Below, piece after piece: positions 30,963 to 39,846 of a DNA stretch of 64,000 bases (position 1 is the stretch's first letter; every line of letters starts with the position of its first letter). This DNA is from Spirochaetota bacterium (GTDB lineage Bacteria; Spirochaetota; UBA4802; UBA5550). A program made the translations under genes and the position numbers. The notes beneath the pieces are model-generated. The model saw nothing but the letters and a program-made list of their open reading frames with translations. It made no database searches and was not told the origin of the DNA. The stretch covers positions 2,400,001-2,464,000 of the forward strand of contig OY760686.1 of NCBI GenBank assembly GCA_963663865.1, in the 5' to 3' direction.

Positions 30963-31022
30963 GGGTTTTCAAAAATGAACATAACAAAGCCCCTGACGGC
31001 AAGGCCGTCAGGGGCTTTTTTT
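30962..31022 (+). terminator. Attenuator terminator of ilvBN with antiterminator arm
   Basis: AAAGCCCCTGACGGC-AAG-GCCGTCAGGGGCTTTTTTT (30986-31022); upstream GGGTTTT can pair with AAAGCCC. Confidence 0.85.
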
Positions 31023-31094
31023 ATGCATAAAAAAGGCACCCGCCGGGTTCAGCAATATCAGCCCGGAAAATGCCCGAAACAATCGGAGGAAATA

Positions 31095-32768
31095 ATGAAA
31101 TACACCGGAGCGGAAATCATTGTCAAATCACTCGAAAGTCTTGAAATTAAAACAGTTGCCGGAATACCTGGAGGCTCAAACCTCCCGCTCTATGACGCCC
31201 TTTACAAAAGCAGCATCAGGCATATTCTGGCTCGTCACGAGCAGGGAGCGGGATTCATAGCACAGGGCATGGCACGGACGAGCGGACGCGCAGCAGTATG
31301 CTTCGCGACATCAGGACCAGGTGCGACCAATCTGCTTACAGCGGTTGCCGACGCGAGGCTGGATTCAGTTCCGCTTGTTGCTATTACAGGCCAGGTACCG
31401 CTCGCCATGCTGGGAACCGACGCCTTTCAGGAGGTAGACACACACGGCCTCTGCATTCCAATAACAAAGCACACCTTTCTTGTAGAGAGCGCAGAAGAGC
31501 TTGCCCGGGTCATTCCTGAAGCTTTCCGAATCGCCGAGAGAGGAAGGCCTGGTCCCGTAGTAATTGACGTCCCAAAGGACGTTCAGCTTCAGAAGGCGGA
31601 TGTTGAGATTTGGCCGGAACGTGAGCTTCCCGAAAAACCGGCATCGCCAGACCCTGCAACCCTATCCAGGATATCAGCGATGATAGACGCGTCAAAGAGG
31701 CCTGTCCTATATATCGGAGGCGGAATAACGTCTTCAGACGCCAACGGATATCTGACAGAACTCGCCGAGAGAAACTCAATTCCGGTAGCTTCAACGCTCA
31801 CAGCGCTTGGATGCATACGGTCCGACCACCCGCTTTCGCTTGGAATGCTTGGCATGCACGGAGAGCGAAGCACAAACCTCATACTTAACGAGGCAGACCT
31901 TCTCATCGCGGTAGGAGTGCGCTTCGATGACAGGGCTACAGGCCGGCTGTCAGGGTTCTGTCCCAACGCAAGCCTTATTCACATAGACATTGACAGAGCC
32001 GAAATTGACAAGATCAGGCAGACCGAGATATCGCTTGAGGCTGACGCTGCCGAAGCCGTCAGGGGCCTAATTCCGCTTCTGGCTAAAAGAGAACGTATTG
32101 AATGGATGCGTCTCGTTTCAGAACTCAGAGAGTCTCATCCCCCCCTTGACTTTAAGGATAACAGCTTCATTCACCCGGCAAACCTGATAAAAATGATTGG
32201 CCGCCTCGTTCCCGAAGACGCAATCGTTTCAACCGATGTTGGGCAGCACCAGATGTGGACGGCCCAGCACTTCCCTTTCAAACGACCGAGAACCCTTCTG
32301 ACATCAAGCGGACTCGGGACCATGGGATTTGGACTGCCCGCGGCAATAGGTGCTGCCCTCGAAAATCCGGACAGGCTTTCTCTGTGTATAAGCGGTGACG
32401 GATCGCTCCTTATGAATATACAGGAGCTTGCTACTCTGGCGGACCTCAAACTCAACGTGAAAATTGTACTTATAAACAACAATTGTCTCGGGCTGGTAAG
32501 GCAGCAGCAGAAGCTTTTTTTCAAAGGCAACTATTCCGCCTCCAGCTTTGACTCATCACCCAATTTTGCCGCTATCGCAGCAGGCTTCGGAATCAATGCA
32601 ATAAGGATAAATCTCGGACATAGCTTTGAGGACCAGCTGAACTCGTCGCTTTCCTCAGAAGGCCCAGTTCTCATTGAGATACCGACCGATCCGGACGCCC
32701 TCGTTCTTCCGATGGTCCCGCCGGGGGAAGACAACACAACCATGATAGGAGGAGAATACTATGAGTAA
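31095..32768 (+). CDS. ilvB: Acetolactate synthase large subunit
   Basis: RHEQGAG, ATSGPGATN, GTDAFQE, TDVGQHQMW, GLGTMGFGLPAAIGA, GDGSLLMN; start moved to ATG 31095 after GGAGG. Confidence 0.95.
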   Translation: MKYTGAEIIVKSLESLEIKTVAGIPGGSNLPLYDALYKSSIRHILARHEQGAGFIAQGMARTSGRAAVCFATSGPGATNLLTAVADARLDSVPLVAITGQVPLAMLGTDAFQEVDTHGLCIPITKHTFLVESAEELARVIPEAFRIAERGRPGPVVIDVPKDVQLQKADVEIWPERELPEKPASPDPATLSRISAMIDASKRPVLYIGGGITSSDANGYLTELAERNSIPVASTLTALGCIRSDHPLSLGMLGMHGERSTNLILNEADLLIAVGVRFDDRATGRLSGFCPNASLIHIDIDRAEIDKIRQTEISLEADAAEAVRGLIPLLAKRERIEWMRLVSELRESHPPLDFKDNSFIHPANLIKMIGRLVPEDAIVSTDVGQHQMWTAQHFPFKRPRTLLTSSGLGTMGFGLPAAIGAALENPDRLSLCISGDGSLLMNIQELATLADLKLNVKIVLINNNCLGLVRQQQKLFFKGNYSASSFDSSPNFAAIAAGFGINAIRINLGHSFEDQLNSSLSSEGPVLIEIPTDPDALVLPMVPPGEDNTTMIGGEYYE

Positions 32769-33060
32769 CATAATACTTGACCTGAAGGTACGCAACCATC
32801 CCGGAGTGATGTCACAGATAACAGGGCTGTTTTCAAGAAGGCGCTTCAATCTCGAAGCTATACTATGCTCTGCTCTCAATGGCGGCGAGATAAGCCGTAT
32901 GTTTCTGCTGGTTAAAGACGATGACAGGCTTACTCAGATAATCAGCCAGGTAAGAAAGCTCTATGATGTCCTGGAGATTGAGCTGCATGGGGAAGATAAG
33001 CCCGAATACGGGAGGCTTGAAGCCCTGCTCGCCATGGCAGCGTCTGACTGCGTAGAGTAG
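32761..33060 (+). CDS. ilvN: Acetolactate synthase small regulatory subunit (ACT domain)
   Basis: VRNHPGVMSQITGLFSRRRFNLEAI; short IlvN-type; overlaps ilvB. Confidence 0.9.
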   Translation: MSNIILDLKVRNHPGVMSQITGLFSRRRFNLEAILCSALNGGEISRMFLLVKDDDRLTQIISQVRKLYDVLEIELHGEDKPEYGRLEALLAMAASDCVE

Positions 33061-33075
33061 AAAACGGAACTCTGT

Positions 33076-33879
33076 TTATTCAAAGCTGTGCTCAGGGGCG
33101 GGAAACCGTCCCTCCTTCACTTCAGCTGAGTAAGTGTTCACGGCGGCTTCAATATCATCGCGAAGCGAAGCATACTTTTTGACAAACCTTGGCGTGAAGC
33201 CTGTATTCATTCCAAGCATATCATTAATAACGAGCACCTGTCCGTCGCAGCCGGCTCCCGCTCCAATGCCTATTGTCGGAACCGAAACGCTGGCCGTAAT
33301 CTCACTTGCCAATCCCTCGGGAACCATCTCAAGAACGATCGCAAAAACGCCCGAATCTTCAATAATCCTCGCGTCCTCAAGTATTTCCCGCCGGCGCACC
33401 TCTTCCCTGCCCTGGACATGGTATCCGCCAAAGCTCTGCACCGATTGAGGCGTAAGCCCCAGATGCCCCATTACCGGAATTGAGGATCTGACAAGAGCGC
33501 TGATCGCGGAGGCGAAATGACGTCCGCCCTCAAGCTTGACAGCGTTGACTCCAGACTCCTTCATGATCCTGCCGGCATTGCGAAGCGCCTCTTCCACGCT
33601 GACCTGATAGCTCATGAACGGCATATCGGTTACTATGAATTTTTCAGGAGCCCCTCTCTGTACGATTGTTGAATGGTACACCATCTGATCTACTGTAACA
33701 GGCAGCGTATTCTGGAAACCGGCAACTACGTTGCCCAGAGAGTCACCAACCAGAAGCACGTCTATCTCTGTCCTTGACAGGATGGAGGCAAAAGCATAAT
33801 CGTAGCAAGTCACAACGCTGATCTTCTCACCAGCGCTTTTCATTTTTTTAAAGTCGTTAATGTTTTTTATCGAGTTCAT
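33076..33879 (-). CDS. panB: 3-methyl-2-oxobutanoate hydroxymethyltransferase
   Basis: LLVGDSLG, DMPFMSY, VKLEGG, GHLGLTPQ, TIGIGAG. Confidence 0.96.
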   Translation of the reverse strand: MNSIKNINDFKKMKSAGEKISVVTCYDYAFASILSRTEIDVLLVGDSLGNVVAGFQNTLPVTVDQMVYHSTIVQRGAPEKFIVTDMPFMSYQVSVEEALRNAGRIMKESGVNAVKLEGGRHFASAISALVRSSIPVMGHLGLTPQSVQSFGGYHVQGREEVRRREILEDARIIEDSGVFAIVLEMVPEGLASEITASVSVPTIGIGAGAGCDGQVLVINDMLGMNTGFTPRFVKKYASLRDDIEAAVNTYSAEVKEGRFPAPEHSFE

Positions 33880-34324
33880 TTATAAGCTCCCTGACGGTTA
33901 GACCCGTAACAGGGTCTGTAATTGATTCGTCAATCACGGCAAGCTGGTCAAGAATGAAGGCCCTTTCCCGCATGGCCGGGTGCGGTATCTCAAGTATTTC
34001 CGATTTGTGAATTATATCATCATAGAGTATAATGTCAATGTCGATGTTGCGGGGCCCCTTTGGCAGGGTTCTAACCCGTCCCATATCAGACTCAATTTTT
34101 TTTATTACTTTTAAAAGATCTTCCGGAGGATATTCTGTCTCAACTACAACGATTCTGTTTATAAACATAGGCTGTTCGAGATAATCAACCGGCTCGGTTT
34201 CAGCATTATCAGTCGAATCGATAATCCGGATTCTTTCGTTTGAACCCAGCCTTAGTACTGCTTCGTCAATACTGGCCTCGCGGTTTCCGATATTGCTCCC
34301 GAGCCCCAGGAAGACCTTCGCCAT
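33857..34324 (-). CDS. folK: 2-amino-4-hydroxy-6-hydroxymethyldihydropteridine diphosphokinase
   Basis: FLGLGSNIGNR, GPRNIDIDI, IPHPAMRERAF. Confidence 0.95.
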   Translation of the reverse strand: MAKVFLGLGSNIGNREASIDEAVLRLGSNERIRIIDSTDNAETEPVDYLEQPMFINRIVVVETEYPPEDLLKVIKKIESDMGRVRTLPKGPRNIDIDIILYDDIIHKSEILEIPHPAMRERAFILDQLAVIDESITDPVTGLTVRELINELDKKH

Positions 34325-35148
34325 CAGATCTCTTTCCTGTAGTCATCGCCGCTTATTTCCATGATACGGCACATTTCTGATATGCGCGAGAGCACCCTGC
34401 CGCCTGAAAGCTCATTAAGCGCTTTCGCCGGATTGTTGTTCGAAGTAAATATTGTGAACTTTCTCGCTTCATATCTCGCGTCAACGAGATTGTAGAGGGT
34501 CTCCTGCTCCCAGGGTGAATCACGCTGGACACCGAAATCGTCAATTACAAGTACATCAGCCTCGGCAAGGCGGCGCTCTATCTGCGACGACTGACCGAAG
34601 GAGTCAGAGCTCTCGTTAAACGTGTTCTTCAGCTTGTTAAGATAGTCACGGGATATTTTCACAAACAGCCCATCCACAGCATATCTTGTAATAAGCTCCG
34701 TAAGAATAATTATCGAAAGAAGCGTTTTCCCTGTTCCCGGGTTTCCCCAGAGATACAGCCCCTTGTTTACATTCGGAAAATTCATTACTATTTCGTAGGC
34801 CGCGTTTTTTGCTTCGCTGGCCATTCGGCTTCTGTTAGCGTCGTAATTGCCGAGAAACTTCCACTTGAAATAGCGGTCAATCCCCGAGCGGTTGTAGATA
34901 TTTTTAATACGCTCAATTCTCATTCTCACTGACCGGCAGGGACAGTCGCTAATCTTGCCGTCTTCGAATATGTAGTAAGGCGCGACTCCTCCGCACTTGC
35001 AGTCCGGGAGCACGCATCTTTCGCAGGGAATCAGAGGGGATTCTCCCTGCACATCGTAGTAGGGATTGTGTACAATTCCGTCAAACTCGCAATATGTGCA
35101 TTTTTGCTTCTGCGCCGTCTGTCTATCTGTCTTGTCTGCCATCTGCAA
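34324..35148 (-). CDS. DnaC/IstB-like AAA+ ATPase with Cys-rich N-terminus
   Basis: Walker A GNPGTGKT; Walker B VLVIDDFG; FTSNN; RVLSRISEM; CxxC/CxxC/CxC/CPC clusters; start may be ATG 35142. Confidence 0.85.
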   Translation of the reverse strand: MQMADKTDRQTAQKQKCTYCEFDGIVHNPYYDVQGESPLIPCERCVLPDCKCGGVAPYYIFEDGKISDCPCRSVRMRIERIKNIYNRSGIDRYFKWKFLGNYDANRSRMASEAKNAAYEIVMNFPNVNKGLYLWGNPGTGKTLLSIIILTELITRYAVDGLFVKISRDYLNKLKNTFNESSDSFGQSSQIERRLAEADVLVIDDFGVQRDSPWEQETLYNLVDARYEARKFTIFTSNNNPAKALNELSGGRVLSRISEMCRIMEISGDDYRKEI

Positions 35149-35363
35149 TCGTCCGGTTATCAGCTGTTTAGTGCGGTGTCTGCCAGGCTTCCGCGTCCCC
35201 TTTACTCAAGCCTTGTGTGGCCTGAAGCATTATCCGGGAATGTTCTCCTGATATGACCTTGAGCCGGCTGTGTCAACAAAATAAAGGCGTGATAAAATTG
35301 CATTTTTCTTGAATAATTAGACACAAATACAGTAATATTGTACCAAATAATATCCATAAATAA

Positions 35364-35391
35364 TGAATTTTGGCGGCTGTCGTGCCGATAA
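35364..35391 (+). promoter_or_regulatory. Sigma28 (FliA)-like promoter upstream of fcpA
   Basis: TGAA-N16-GCCGATAA; the -10 box is an exact consensus match. Confidence 0.55.
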
Positions 35392-35433
35392 TTTACCTGT
35401 ATATTATCCCAAGTTGTAACCAAGAGGAATCCA

Positions 35434-36279
35434 ATGATCATGAAACCAGTTAGAAACCTGTTATTCGCCTTATTAGCACTTATAATCGGTGCCGGAACGC
35501 TTTCAGCGCAGCAAAATCCGCAGAACGCAGAACAGCCTGCTGCCCAAAAAGAAGACATGACCCCGGAACCCGGCTGGAGGGTCAGAGACTTTCAGCCCTA
35601 CATAAAAGCAATCGAAGAATTGGAGAAACTCAACAAGGAGTACTCCGAAACCCTTCTCAAACTCGCGATTGATGAATACTCAACCGGGCTTGACATACTC
35701 GAAGACATGGAAAATGACATCATAAAGATGGCTGAACAGAACAAGAAAAAGAAAAACCTGAACGAGAGATGGTACTGGCAGGAGATTGACAGACGCAATC
35801 AGGAGCAGAGACAGATGGCAATGCGAAAGCACGAAGCCAAGATGAAATCGGTTACCTATCTTACAAAGTCGATTAAGTTCCTTGATTCAATTGAAAACGT
35901 TGAAGTAATAAAAGATCCAAAATTTATCAACTTTCAGTCGAGACTGTTTCAGGTCTATGTCTCAACACAGTACGACCTTATGAACTTTAAACCCTGCATC
36001 CCGATTCTTGAAAGGTATGTCACCCTGAGTGAAAACAACAAGAAGGATGTGTGGGCTTACAAGTACATGGCAAGCTGCTATGGGTACATGGAAAAGATTC
36101 TCCAGAAATACCGCCATTCAACAGAAGATGAAATTATGCAGTTCAGAAATAAGAAGAACTCGAGCATTTTGCAGGCCGTTGAGCTGAAATACGGAATAGA
36201 ATCGCCGCATTACAAGCATATTCAGGAAACCGTTCAGCAGGATGAGAAGAAGAGCGAACGCATAAACGATTTCAGATAA
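35434..36279 (+). CDS. fcpA: Flagellar coiling protein A (FcpA) homologue
   Basis: Signal peptide; WYWQEIDR, QYDLMNFKPCIPILERY, KYMASCY, ELKYGIESPHYKHI match Leptospira FcpA as recalled from memory. Confidence 0.8.
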   Translation: MIMKPVRNLLFALLALIIGAGTLSAQQNPQNAEQPAAQKEDMTPEPGWRVRDFQPYIKAIEELEKLNKEYSETLLKLAIDEYSTGLDILEDMENDIIKMAEQNKKKKNLNERWYWQEIDRRNQEQRQMAMRKHEAKMKSVTYLTKSIKFLDSIENVEVIKDPKFINFQSRLFQVYVSTQYDLMNFKPCIPILERYVTLSENNKKDVWAYKYMASCYGYMEKILQKYRHSTEDEIMQFRNKKNSSILQAVELKYGIESPHYKHIQETVQQDEKKSERINDFR

Positions 36280-36293
36280 TCCATGGCATTTAT

Positions 36294-36325
36294 CAGTCCG
36301 GGTTCGCTTTGTTCGGCCCGGACTG
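36294..36325. terminator. Hairpin between convergent fcpA and hypothetical gene
   Basis: CAGTCCGGG / CCCGGACTG stem. Confidence 0.55.
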
Positions 36326-36344
36326 TATGATATGAATTCTCCGT

Positions 36345-37388
36345 TTACTCCATTACTGTAGAAATAGAAACCCTGTACTTTATCACTCCCCTCACAATAC
36401 CCAGCTTGATTATTCTGTTTAGCGGCAGATAAAACTTTACGGCATCAGGCTGCATGATATTGTTCTCTCTGCGGTACACGCCGCTTTCCGCGTCCAGCTT
36501 CCAGCGTTCAGCCCTCAGAATATGGTACTCGCCGGCCTTGCAGCTGTAGACTGATCTTCTCGGCAATATACTCAGGCCGGTATCGGTCCTGCCGGCTTCA
36601 GCGCCGTCCAGAAATATTTTGTAGAAGACAAGATTTTCAGAATTCTGCCTTGTATCTTCTGCGGCCTCATCCCACGCTTCAACCAGGAGATTGAATTCAT
36701 CGGGAAGCGCGGGCCTGAGCTCAGGCGAAAAAACATAGAGACTTGCCCCCCGCACGTAATCCACAATCTCTGAGACCGTGCCATTACTGACCCCCGCAAG
36801 CCCGTTGGCTCCCAGGATTTCAATTGATGCCGGCTTTTCAAGGCTGACTGGAAGCTTGACATCTCTAAACATAACGAAAAACCCATCAACGCCGGCGCAG
36901 AGGAGCAGAAGCTCTTCATCGGCAAGCGCAGCGTCTACGACACCGTCCCTTACCTGAACAGCGCCTCCGCCAGCGGGTATTCTGTAAAGAAACGAAGCGC
37001 TGCCGGTTTCAGTCATGTTCTCCGCCAGGACAAAGGCAGCCTGCCTGTTGAAAAAAAGCCGTCTGACAGAGCCCGGGCTGACCGGCGCTGGAAGCGGCAC
37101 CTCTGTGACTACACCGTCCTCAAAGTATCCGCAAACATACGAGCTGTTTCCGCCGGCTGAATCCTCGCGTATATAAGTGTTCTTCCCGAACGAGCGGCTG
37201 TAGTACACAACCATGCCCTGCAGCGGCGGTATACGGATTTCTGAAGCTTTCAGCTCTCCCTCTTCGATGTAAATATCGTTTCGAGTTGACGCATAGGACT
37301 GCGCTGTAATTGCATCATTTGCGCTGTTTACCTCCGACTGCAAGATTAGAACTGAAAGCGCTGAGGCCAGAGTCATACATGAAAGCAT
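36345..37388 (-). CDS. Hypothetical exported protein, overlapping the end of panP
   Basis: 347 aa ORF; weak N-terminal hydrophobic segment; beta-rich; no family recognised. Confidence 0.65.
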   Translation of the reverse strand: MLSCMTLASALSVLILQSEVNSANDAITAQSYASTRNDIYIEEGELKASEIRIPPLQGMVVYYSRSFGKNTYIREDSAGGNSSYVCGYFEDGVVTEVPLPAPVSPGSVRRLFFNRQAAFVLAENMTETGSASFLYRIPAGGGAVQVRDGVVDAALADEELLLLCAGVDGFFVMFRDVKLPVSLEKPASIEILGANGLAGVSNGTVSEIVDYVRGASLYVFSPELRPALPDEFNLLVEAWDEAAEDTRQNSENLVFYKIFLDGAEAGRTDTGLSILPRRSVYSCKAGEYHILRAERWKLDAESGVYRRENNIMQPDAVKFYLPLNRIIKLGIVRGVIKYRVSISTVME

Positions 37389-39079
37389 TCAAACCTCCGG
37401 GAAAATTCTGATTCGTATATCGCAAGGCCAAGCCTGTTCTGCTGATTCAATATCTCCGTGAGGATTGCCTTTGTTGTCAGAGGATTGACCGTTATCGCCC
37501 TCAGAATTACAATGTTCTGACGGAAATAATACGGTATCTCAAGCATTGTCCTTGAGACAAAGCTCGCATCCTCTTCCCTTAGCGCCTTATGCAGCTCAAT
37601 GTTCAGTTCGTTCAAAAGCTCGTTGATAGCGGCAATGTCTGTAAGCGACTTTTCTTTATCAAGGCCATCCTGCTTTGCACTTTTCATTTTTTCTCGGAGT
37701 AACGCCATTACGTTTTCAGGAACAAATCTGTAATTTGTGATAAATAGATCGGGCCTGTTAGTACGTTCAAAGTTTGAATGCGCGTCTATGATTCTGCTCA
37801 GCTCGCCGGTCAGTCCAAATGCGTAGTCAAACAGAAGTTTGAAGCCTGCCCTGCCGATAACCTTTAACGTGGCCCAGGGCTTTAGAGCTGAAAAAGGCCT
37901 TGATCCTTCCACGCTGAAGCGTCCGAGGTCAACTGAATCGGGGCGTATTATGTAATTCGAAAAATGCTTTATGTGTCCCAATGCCTCAAGGCTTTTGAAG
38001 ACCGTAACCCCCATTGAAACAGGCGAATAGAGCAGCTTGTGAGCGTCAAGGCAAACTGAATCGGCCCTTTCAATACCTTTGAACTTTTCACGCTGCTCAT
38101 CAACGATAAGCACAGCCCCTCCCCAGGCCGCGTCAACGTGAAAGAATATTCCATACTCACGGGCAATATCTGCCATCTCATCAAGAGGGTCAATTGAGCC
38201 AGTCTCAGTAGTCCCGGCTATTCCAACCAGAGCCACAATCGCCGTTCTTTCTGATCCATCAGCGTTGCTTTCCCTGATACCGTCAAGTACAGACCTCAGG
38301 GCCGCAATATCAATGCGGTCATTTTCATCTACAGGAATTTTTATTACATTTTCATCGCCTATTCCGATGATTCTGGCGACCTTATCAATTGAGTAATGAC
38401 CCCTCTGAGAAACAATAATCACTGCCCTGTCTATTCCGGCATGTTTATAAGCCGCAGCTACACCTGAGTGCCGTATCCCCTTGAATTCACCGTCTGACGG
38501 AAACAAACTGTTTCTCGCAACCAGAAGCGCCGTCAGATTCCCAAGAGTGCCGTCCAGCACGACAGTCCCGGCCCTGAAGTCTCTGTTAAGCAGGTTCTCT
38601 CTGTAAAAGCTGTCATCGCGCCCGTATACGAGACGGTGCATCCATGTGATAAACTCTCTTTCCACGAAAGTTGACGCCTTGGCGGTCTCAATCTTCACCT
38701 GGTTCTGGTTCAGGGAAGCTATTATCATCTCAAGAAGAATCATGAAGTAAGGTATGGCGCTCGTCATGTGTCCTATATAGTAGGGACTGCCGACCTTAAC
38801 TGAATGTGCAACGAGGCGGGTGCGTACCTCTTCAAGAACGTCCTTTAATAGAGAAGGATCATCGGGGATAGAGGTATCTGAGAAAAGCGAGTAGAGTTCG
38901 CCAAGCGAAATTTCACTGTGGATGCCGCCCTTTTCCTTAAAAAAACTGTGTATAAGAGATAGAAGCTCTCTTCCAAATTCAATGAATTTATCAGGGGAAT
39001 CCGGCATAATAAAGAGCTTCCTCAGATGCTCCATATCGCTAACTATTATTTTCTTTTCAGTGCCGGAAACAGGGGACAT
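37373..39079 (-). CDS. panP: PLP-dependent group II decarboxylase, PanP-type aspartate 1-decarboxylase
   Basis: GHMTSAIPYFM, LNQNQVKIETAK, GIAGTTETG, FHVDAAWGG, DAHK (PLP Lys), EGSRP; panB nearby. Confidence 0.8.
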   Translation of the reverse strand: MSPVSGTEKKIIVSDMEHLRKLFIMPDSPDKFIEFGRELLSLIHSFFKEKGGIHSEISLGELYSLFSDTSIPDDPSLLKDVLEEVRTRLVAHSVKVGSPYYIGHMTSAIPYFMILLEMIIASLNQNQVKIETAKASTFVEREFITWMHRLVYGRDDSFYRENLLNRDFRAGTVVLDGTLGNLTALLVARNSLFPSDGEFKGIRHSGVAAAYKHAGIDRAVIIVSQRGHYSIDKVARIIGIGDENVIKIPVDENDRIDIAALRSVLDGIRESNADGSERTAIVALVGIAGTTETGSIDPLDEMADIAREYGIFFHVDAAWGGAVLIVDEQREKFKGIERADSVCLDAHKLLYSPVSMGVTVFKSLEALGHIKHFSNYIIRPDSVDLGRFSVEGSRPFSALKPWATLKVIGRAGFKLLFDYAFGLTGELSRIIDAHSNFERTNRPDLFITNYRFVPENVMALLREKMKSAKQDGLDKEKSLTDIAAINELLNELNIELHKALREEDASFVSRTMLEIPYYFRQNIVILRAITVNPLTTKAILTEILNQQNRLGLAIYESEFSRRFECFHV

Positions 39080-39427
39080 AGCTCTTCCCTTCGGGCAGGC
39101 TGAATAAAAGAATGTCAGTCCTGGCCGCCTATATAGATTAATAAGCCGGTATTTTTACTACAGTCGTTCCGATACTTCAGAACCGTATCCGCCGGCAAAG
39201 GGTCAGGATTAATCATTCTGATCAGTTTACCAGAGGATTTCAATGATAACCGGCAAGCAGTGTCATCAAATTGGCCGATAATCATTTTTCAAGTGATTTT
39301 TCATGTCAGAAGCGGCACGTCCCCCTGACTTCATACAAAGAAATTCTCTTCCTTCATCATAATTATACTCATCATTTATGACAGCATTCCCGATAATAAT
39401 ATGAAGGGATTACGATCCTGGAGGAGA

Positions 39428-39739
39428 ATGATGAACAGAAAATTCACCAAGTGGAGCTTTCCTGTAGTTGTTCGTTACGATGAGATTTCTGAGTATTCAC
39501 TGATGCTGAAGAAAGTCGAGGAAAGAGAGAACGTTCTATTTGACCTTTCAGAGACAAAGCGCATCAATTCCTCGTTCATCGGCTTTCTTATTCACGCCAA
39601 AGAATACATTGAGAACCGTAATAATGGACAACTGCATTTAAAATTTTCTGACAGTATTGAAAGAATTGTTGCCCTTCTCGGTCTTACTGCACATTTCTGC
39701 GTTAACACCGGAATTAATCCGGATATTAAAAGCGCATGA
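39428..39739 (+). CDS. STAS-domain (anti-anti-sigma-like) protein
   Basis: FDLSETKRINSSFIGFL and IVALLGL; GGAGGAG RBS before ATG 39428. Confidence 0.75.
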   Translation: MMNRKFTKWSFPVVVRYDEISEYSLMLKKVEERENVLFDLSETKRINSSFIGFLIHAKEYIENRNNGQLHLKFSDSIERIVALLGLTAHFCVNTGINPDIKSA

Positions 39740-39750
39740 AAGAAAACCTG

Positions 39751-39780
39751 TTGACATATTATTGCAGAATTTAATAAAAT
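39751..39780 (+). promoter_or_regulatory. Sigma70-like promoter for ArsR gene
   Basis: TTGACA-N18-TAAAAT. Confidence 0.5.
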
Positions 39781-39846
39781 TCATTAATTGTTTAGATATC
39801 CCTGAAAAGGGAAAACCCCCAGTGCCTTCGTGTGAGGAAACTTTTA

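Noticed and set aside
30779-31039. Minus-strand ORF with a poly-Thr run
   Set aside because: Antisense image of the poly-Val leader peptide
30975-31094. 40-aa N-terminal extension of IlvB in the ORF track
   Set aside because: It runs through the attenuator terminator; a strong RBS supports ATG 31095
34324-35148. IS21 element or prophage suggested by the IstB/DnaC-like ATPase
   Set aside because: No transposase, terminal repeats, integrase or phage genes nearby; it is coupled to folK
35171-35240. TPP-like (GGAUAAUGC) and c-di-GMP-I-like (GGGACGC) fragments
   Set aside because: The other core motifs (GCUGAGA, GGCAAAC) are missing; kept only as an unnamed structured leader
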